NCBI RefSeq assembly: GCF_003334335.1
Contig: NZ_QOWQ01000001.1
Strand: one strand, 5' to 3'
Length of the DNA: 64,000 nucleotides
DNA from: Escherichia coli
GTDB lineage: Bacteria; Pseudomonadota; Gammaproteobacteria; Enterobacterales; Enterobacteriaceae
The notes under the pieces were generated by a model. That model was not told where the DNA came from, did not search any database, and worked only from the letters and a program-made list of their open reading frames with translations. Positions within the stretch are counted from its first letter, which is position 1; each line of letters starts with the position of its first letter. This document shows, piece by piece, positions 59,167 to 64,000 of the stretch. Position numbers and translations under genes: made by a program.

Positions 59167-60966
59167 ATGACGACACAGGTCCCACCTTCCGCGTTGCTTC
59201 CGTTGAACCCGGAGCAACTGGCACGCCTTCAGGCGGCCACGACCGATTTAACTCCCACCCAGCTTGCCTGGGTTTCTGGCTATTTCTGGGGCGTACTCAA
59301 TCAGCAGCCTGCTGCGCTTGCAGCGACGCCAGCGCCAGCCGCAGAAATGCCGGGTATAACTATTATCTCCGCCTCGCAAACCGGCAATGCGCGCCGGGTT
59401 GCTGAAGCATTACGTGATGATTTATTAGCTGCAAAACTGAACGTTAAGCTGGTGAACGCGGGCGACTATAAATTCAAACAAATCGCCAGCGAAAAACTGC
59501 TCATCGTAGTGACGTCAACGCAAGGGGAAGGGGAACCGCCGGAAGAAGCCGTCGCGCTGCATAAGTTCCTGTTCTCCAAAAAAGCGCCAAAGCTGGAAAA
59601 CACCGCGTTTGCCGTGTTTAGCCTCGGCGATAGCTCTTATGAATTTTTCTGCCAGTCCGGGAAAGATTTCGACAGCAAGCTGGCGGAACTGGGTGGTGAA
59701 CGCCTGCTCGACCGTGTCGATGCCGATGTTGAATACCAGGCTGCTGCCAGCGAGTGGCGCGCCCGCGTGGTTGATGCGCTTAAATCGCGTGCGCCTGTCG
59801 CGGCACCTTCGCAATCCGTCGCTACTGGCGCGGTAAATGAAATCCACACCAGCCCGTACAGCAAAGACGCGCCGCTGGTGGCTAGCCTCTCTGTTAACCA
59901 GAAAATTACCGGGCGTAACTCTGAAAAAGACGTTCGCCATATCGAAATTGACTTAGGTGACTCGGGCCTGCGTTACCAGCCGGGTGACGCGCTGGGCGTC
60001 TGGTATCAGAACGATCCGGCACTGGTGAAAGAACTTGTCGAACTGCTGTGGCTGAAAGGCGATGAACCTGTCACCGTCGAGGGCAAAACGTTGCCTCTGA
60101 ACGAAGCGCTACAGTGGCACTTCGAACTGACCGTCAACACCGCCAACATTGTTGAGAATTACGCCACGCTTACCCGCAGTGAAACACTGCTGCCGCTGGT
60201 GGGCGATAAAGCGAAGTTACAGCATTACGCCGCGACGACGCCGATTGTTGACATGGTGCGTTTCTCCCCGGCACAGCTTGATGCCGAAGCGCTAATTAAT
60301 CTGCTGCGCCCGCTGACGCCGCGTCTCTATTCCATTGCCTCCTCGCAGGCGGAAGTCGAGAACGAAGTACACGTCACCGTTGGTGTGGTGCGTTACGACG
60401 TGGAAGGCCGCGCCCGTGCCGGTGGTGCCTCCAGCTTCCTCGCTGACCGCGTGGAAGAAGAGGGCGAAGTCCGCGTATTTATCGAACATAACGATAACTT
60501 CCGCCTGCCAGCCAATCCAGAAACCCCGGTGATTATGATTGGCCCAGGCACCGGCATCGCGCCGTTCCGCGCCTTTATGCAGCAACGTGCTGCCGATGAA
60601 GCGCCGGGAAAAAACTGGCTGTTCTTTGGCAACCCGCACTTTACGGAAGATTTCCTCTACCAGGTGGAGTGGCAGCGCTACGTCAAAGAGGGTGTGCTGA
60701 CGCGGATCGATCTCGCCTGGTCGCGCGACCAAAAAGAAAAAGTTTACGTACAAGACAAACTGCGCGAACAGGGCGCGGAGCTGTGGCGCTGGATCAATGA
60801 CGGTGCCCACATTTATGTCTGCGGTGACGCTAATCGCATGGCGAAAGACGTTGAGCAGGCACTTCTGGAAGTGATTGCCGAATTTGGTGGCATGGACACC
60901 GAAGCGGCGGATGAATTTTTAAGTGAGCTGCGCGTAGAGCGCCGTTATCAGCGAGATGTCTACTAA
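59167..60966 (+). CDS. cysJ: Sulfite reductase [NADPH] flavoprotein alpha component
   Basis: 599 aa, [42 protein letters not shown]; flavodoxin and FNR-like domains. Confidence 0.92.
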   Translation: MTTQVPPSALLPLNPEQLARLQAATTDLTPTQLAWVSGYFWGVLNQQPAALAATPAPAAEMPGITIISASQTGNARRVAEALRDDLLAAKLNVKLVNAGDYKFKQIASEKLLIVVTSTQGEGEPPEEAVALHKFLFSKKAPKLENTAFAVFSLGDSSYEFFCQSGKDFDSKLAELGGERLLDRVDADVEYQAAASEWRARVVDALKSRAPVAAPSQSVATGAVNEIHTSPYSKDAPLVASLSVNQKITGRNSEKDVRHIEIDLGDSGLRYQPGDALGVWYQNDPALVKELVELLWLKGDEPVTVEGKTLPLNEALQWHFELTVNTANIVENYATLTRSETLLPLVGDKAKLQHYAATTPIVDMVRFSPAQLDAEALINLLRPLTPRLYSIASSQAEVENEVHVTVGVVRYDVEGRARAGGASSFLADRVEEEGEVRVFIEHNDNFRLPANPETPVIMIGPGTGIAPFRAFMQQRAADEAPGKNWLFFGNPHFTEDFLYQVEWQRYVKEGVLTRIDLAWSRDQKEKVYVQDKLREQGAELWRWINDGAHIYVCGDANRMAKDVEQALLEVIAEFGGMDTEAADEFLSELRVERRYQRDVY

Positions 60967-62678
60967 TGAGCGAAAAACATCCAGGGCCTTTAGTGGTCGA
61001 AGGAAAACTGACAGACGCCGAGCGCATGAAGCTTGAAAGCAACTACCTGCGCGGCACCATTGCGGAAGATTTAAACGACGGTCTGACCGGCGGCTTTAAG
61101 GGCGACAACTTCCTGCTGATCCGCTTCCACGGCATGTATCAGCAGGATGACCGCGACATCCGCGCCGAACGTGCTGAACAGAAGCTGGAGCCGCGCCACG
61201 CGATGCTGTTGCGCTGCCGTCTGCCGGGTGGGGTGATTACCACTAAACAGTGGCAGGCGATAGACAAATTTGCCGGTGAAAACACCATCTATGGCAGCAT
61301 TCGCCTGACCAACCGCCAGACGTTTCAGTTCCACGGCATTCTGAAAAAGAACGTCAAACCGGTGCACCAGATGCTGCACTCGGTTGGTCTTGATGCGCTG
61401 GCGACCGCTAACGACATGAACCGTAACGTACTCTGCACCTCGAACCCTTACGAGTCGCAGCTACACGCGGAAGCGTACGAGTGGGCGAAGAAGATTTCTG
61501 AGCATCTGCTGCCGCGTACCCGCGCGTATGCGGAGATCTGGCTCGACCAGGAAAAAGTCGCCACTACTGATGAAGAACCGATCCTCGGCCAGACCTACCT
61601 GCCGCGTAAATTCAAAACCACGGTAGTGATCCCGCCACAGAACGATATCGATCTGCACGCCAACGACATGAACTTCGTGGCGATCGCCGAAAACGGCAAG
61701 CTGGTGGGCTTTAACCTGTTGGTGGGCGGTGGGCTTTCCATCGAACACGGCAACAAGAAAACCTACGCCCGCACCGCGAGTGAGTTTGGCTATCTGCCGC
61801 TGGAGCATACGCTGGCGGTGGCCGAAGCCGTCGTGACAACTCAGCGTGACTGGGGTAACCGAACCGATCGTAAAAATGCCAAAACCAAATACACGCTGGA
61901 GCGCGTGGGGGTTGAGACGTTTAAAGCGGAAGTGGAGCGTCGCGCGGGGATCAAATTTGAACCGATCCGTCCATATGAGTTCACCGGACGAGGCGATCGT
62001 ATTGGCTGGGTTAAGGGCATTGATGATAACTGGCACCTGACGCTGTTTATCGAAAATGGTCGCATCCTTGATTATCCGGCGCGTCCGCTGAAAACCGGCC
62101 TGCTGGAGATCGCGAAGATCCACAAAGGCGATTTCCGCATTACGGCGAACCAGAATCTGATCATCGCCGGTGTACCGGAAAGCGAGAAAGCGAAGATCGA
62201 GAAGATCGCCAAAGAGAGCGGGTTAATGAATGCCGTCACGCCGCAGCGTGAAAACTCAATGGCCTGCGTGTCATTCCCGACTTGCCCGCTGGCGATGGCG
62301 GAAGCGGAGCGTTTCCTGCCGTCTTTTATCGACAACATCGATAATTTAATGGCGAAACATGGTGTCAGCGATGAGCATATCGTGATGCGTGTAACAGGCT
62401 GCCCGAACGGTTGTGGTCGCGCGATGCTGGCGGAAGTGGGCCTGGTGGGTAAAGCGCCGGGTCGCTACAACCTGCATCTTGGCGGCAACCGCATTGGGAC
62501 ACGTATCCCTCGGATGTATAAAGAAAACATCACCGAGCCGGAAATCCTGGCGTCGCTTGATGAACTGATAGGGCGCTGGGCGAAAGAGCGCGAAGCGGGT
62601 GAAGGCTTCGGCGACTTTACGGTGCGTGCGGGCATCATTCGCCCGGTGCTCGATCCGGCGCGCGATTTGTGGGATTAA
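60966..62678 (+). CDS. cysI: Sulfite reductase [NADPH] hemoprotein beta component
   Basis: 570 aa, [64 protein letters not shown]; start overlaps cysJ stop (TAATG). Confidence 0.92.
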   Translation: MSEKHPGPLVVEGKLTDAERMKLESNYLRGTIAEDLNDGLTGGFKGDNFLLIRFHGMYQQDDRDIRAERAEQKLEPRHAMLLRCRLPGGVITTKQWQAIDKFAGENTIYGSIRLTNRQTFQFHGILKKNVKPVHQMLHSVGLDALATANDMNRNVLCTSNPYESQLHAEAYEWAKKISEHLLPRTRAYAEIWLDQEKVATTDEEPILGQTYLPRKFKTTVVIPPQNDIDLHANDMNFVAIAENGKLVGFNLLVGGGLSIEHGNKKTYARTASEFGYLPLEHTLAVAEAVVTTQRDWGNRTDRKNAKTKYTLERVGVETFKAEVERRAGIKFEPIRPYEFTGRGDRIGWVKGIDDNWHLTLFIENGRILDYPARPLKTGLLEIAKIHKGDFRITANQNLIIAGVPESEKAKIEKIAKESGLMNAVTPQRENSMACVSFPTCPLAMAEAERFLPSFIDNIDNLMAKHGVSDEHIVMRVTGCPNGCGRAMLAEVGLVGKAPGRYNLHLGGNRIGTRIPRMYKENITEPEILASLDELIGRWAKEREAGEGFGDFTVRAGIIRPVLDPARDLWD

Positions 62679-62691
62679 CCATCAGCCCGGT

Positions 62692-62733
62692 CTTGTAGGC
62701 CTGATAAGACGCGTGAGCGTCGCATCAGGCAAG
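62692..62733. repeat. REP element between cysI and cysH
   Basis: cttgtaggcctgataagacgcgtgagcgtcgcatcaggcaagg. Confidence 0.7.
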
Positions 62734-62751
62734 GCAAACAGTGAGGAATCT

Positions 62752-63486
62752 ATGTCCAAACTCGATCTAAACGCCCTGAACGAACTGCCGAAGGTAGATC
62801 GCATTCTGGCGCTGGCGGAAACTAACGCCCAACTGGAAAAACTGGACGCTGAAGGCCGCGTAGCCTGGGCGCTGGATAATCTGCCCGGTGAATATGTGCT
62901 TTCTTCCAGCTTCGGCATTCAGGCGGCGGTGAGCCTGCATCTGGTGAATCAGATTCGGCCGGATATTCCAGTGATCCTCACCGATACCGGTTATCTGTTT
63001 CCGGAAACCTACCGCTTTATTGACGAGTTAACGGACAAACTCAAGCTCAACCTGAAAGTGTACCGTGCTACCGAAAGCGCCGCCTGGCAGGAAGCACGCT
63101 ACGGCAAACTGTGGGAACAGGGCGTTGAAGGCATTGAAAAGTACAATGACATCAACAAAGTCGAACCGATGAACCGGGCGCTGAAAGAACTTAACGCGCA
63201 AACCTGGTTTGCTGGCCTGCGCCGCGAACAATCCGGCAGCCGCGCCAATTTACCGGTGCTGGCAATTCAGCGTGGCGTATTTAAAGTGCTGCCGATTATC
63301 GACTGGGATAACCGAACTATTTATCAGTACCTGCAAAAACATGGCCTGAAATATCACCCATTATGGGATGAAGGATATTTATCGGTCGGTGATACCCATA
63401 CAACCCGTAAATGGGAACCTGGCATGTCGGAAGAAGAAACACGTTTCTTTGGCTTAAAAAGGGAATGTGGATTGCACGAAGGGTAA
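62752..63486 (+). CDS. cysH: Phosphoadenosine phosphosulfate (PAPS) reductase
   Basis: Real start [65 protein letters not shown] inside ORF 62599..63486 (244 aa); C-terminal ECGLH. Confidence 0.9.
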   Translation: MSKLDLNALNELPKVDRILALAETNAQLEKLDAEGRVAWALDNLPGEYVLSSSFGIQAAVSLHLVNQIRPDIPVILTDTGYLFPETYRFIDELTDKLKLNLKVYRATESAAWQEARYGKLWEQGVEGIEKYNDINKVEPMNRALKELNAQTWFAGLRREQSGSRANLPVLAIQRGVFKVLPIIDWDNRTIYQYLQKHGLKYHPLWDEGYLSVGDTHTTRKWEPGMSEEETRFFGLKRECGLHEG

Positions 63487-63652
63487 ATATTGCCGGATAA
63501 ATTAAACGCCTCTGTCAGAAATGATGGGGGCGTTTTTATTTTGCGAGCAGTATTCCTGATTTTAAACGTGAACGCCGCTGGAAGAATTATCAGGTATAGA
63601 ATGGCGTCGGGTGCTTGAGGCTGTCTGGCGTTAAGCATTCGCGAGGTTCCAG

Positions 63653-63757
63653 ATGGACAAAAGCCCCAGGCGATATTTCTATCAACCTGAGGCTTACGTT
63701 CGAACCCAAACAATTCGAATGTTAGTCTCTTCTTTGCAGGGAGGCAAGACATGCTGA
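63653..63757 (+). CDS. Mok-like upstream coupling ORF (34 codons) overlapping the hok-like start
   Basis: atg at 63653 to tga at 63755-63757 ([34 protein letters not shown]); stop overlaps the hok-like ATG (acATGcTGA); arrangement typical of hok/sok loci. Confidence 0.4.
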   Translation: MDKSPRRYFYQPEAYVRTQTIRMLVSSLQGGKTC

Positions 63758-63903
63758 CAAAATATGCCCTTGTGGCAATCATAGTGCTGTGTTTTACAGT
63801 ACTGGGATTCACGCTGATGGTAGGCGACTCGTTGTGTGAGTTGAGTATCAGAGAACGTGGTATGGAGTTTAAGGCAGTTCTCGCTTACGAATCGAAGAAG
63901 TAG
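63751..63903 (+). CDS. Hok-family small membrane toxin (50 aa), below the size cut-off of the ORF track
   Basis: [50 protein letters not shown]: N-terminal TM helix, conserved Cys plus C-terminal AYES(K) motif as in Hok/Gef; preceded by GGAGG at about 63741. Confidence 0.7.
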   Translation: MLTKYALVAIIVLCFTVLGFTLMVGDSLCELSIRERGMEFKAVLAYESKK

Positions 63904-64000
63904 CCACCACGCGGGGGTAAAACCCATAAGCGCTAACTTAAGGGTTGAACCATCTGAAGAATGCGACGCCTCGGTGCCTCGTTAAGACGATGCCTCGCGT

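Noticed and set aside
60292-60810. 172-aa minus-strand ORF
   Set aside because: Antisense inside cysJ.
63694-63927. 77-aa minus-strand ORF at the right edge
   Set aside because: Antisense to the hok-like ORF, which has a far better family-specific sequence signature; any real minus-strand product here would be a short antisense RNA, not this protein.

Overview
This window reads as a contiguous, largely syntenic Escherichia coli chromosomal segment (K-12-like gene order, reverse orientation to MG1655 numbering), identified from protein N-termini and gene order that I recognise, not from any database search. Order: recD (3' end), argA, amiC, one initiator tRNA-Met, mltA, tcdA-csdE-csdA, ygdI, gcvB/gcvA, ygdD, rlmM, the fucose regulon (fucR-fucUKIP / fucAO), xni, sdaB-sdaC, ppnN, queF, syd, csrB sRNA, yqcC-truC-yqcA, gudPXD, barA, rlmD, relA, mazEFG, pyrG, eno, ygcG, queE, a type I-E-style CRISPR array plus a degenerate remnant, the poorly characterised ygc/yqc cluster, queD, cysJIH, and a Hok-family toxin ORF at the right edge. 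No cas genes, IS elements or prophage were seen. The most interesting candidate is the ygc/yqc cluster: a divergent intergenic region with a near-consensus CRP site and an intrinsic-terminator-like hairpin in each leader, alongside a GlpP-like antiterminator gene (ygcP) and a FixABCX-like electron-transfer module, which suggests an undescribed antitermination-controlled catabolic system. Other notable items are the orphan CRISPR arrays, an intact hok-like ORF with a coupled leader ORF (both under the ORF-track size cut-off), operator-like palindromes in the fuc control region, and a single initiator tRNA where K-12 carries a tandem triplet. Start codons were adjusted from the ORF track where the known N-terminus is recognisable; all coordinates are hand-counted.
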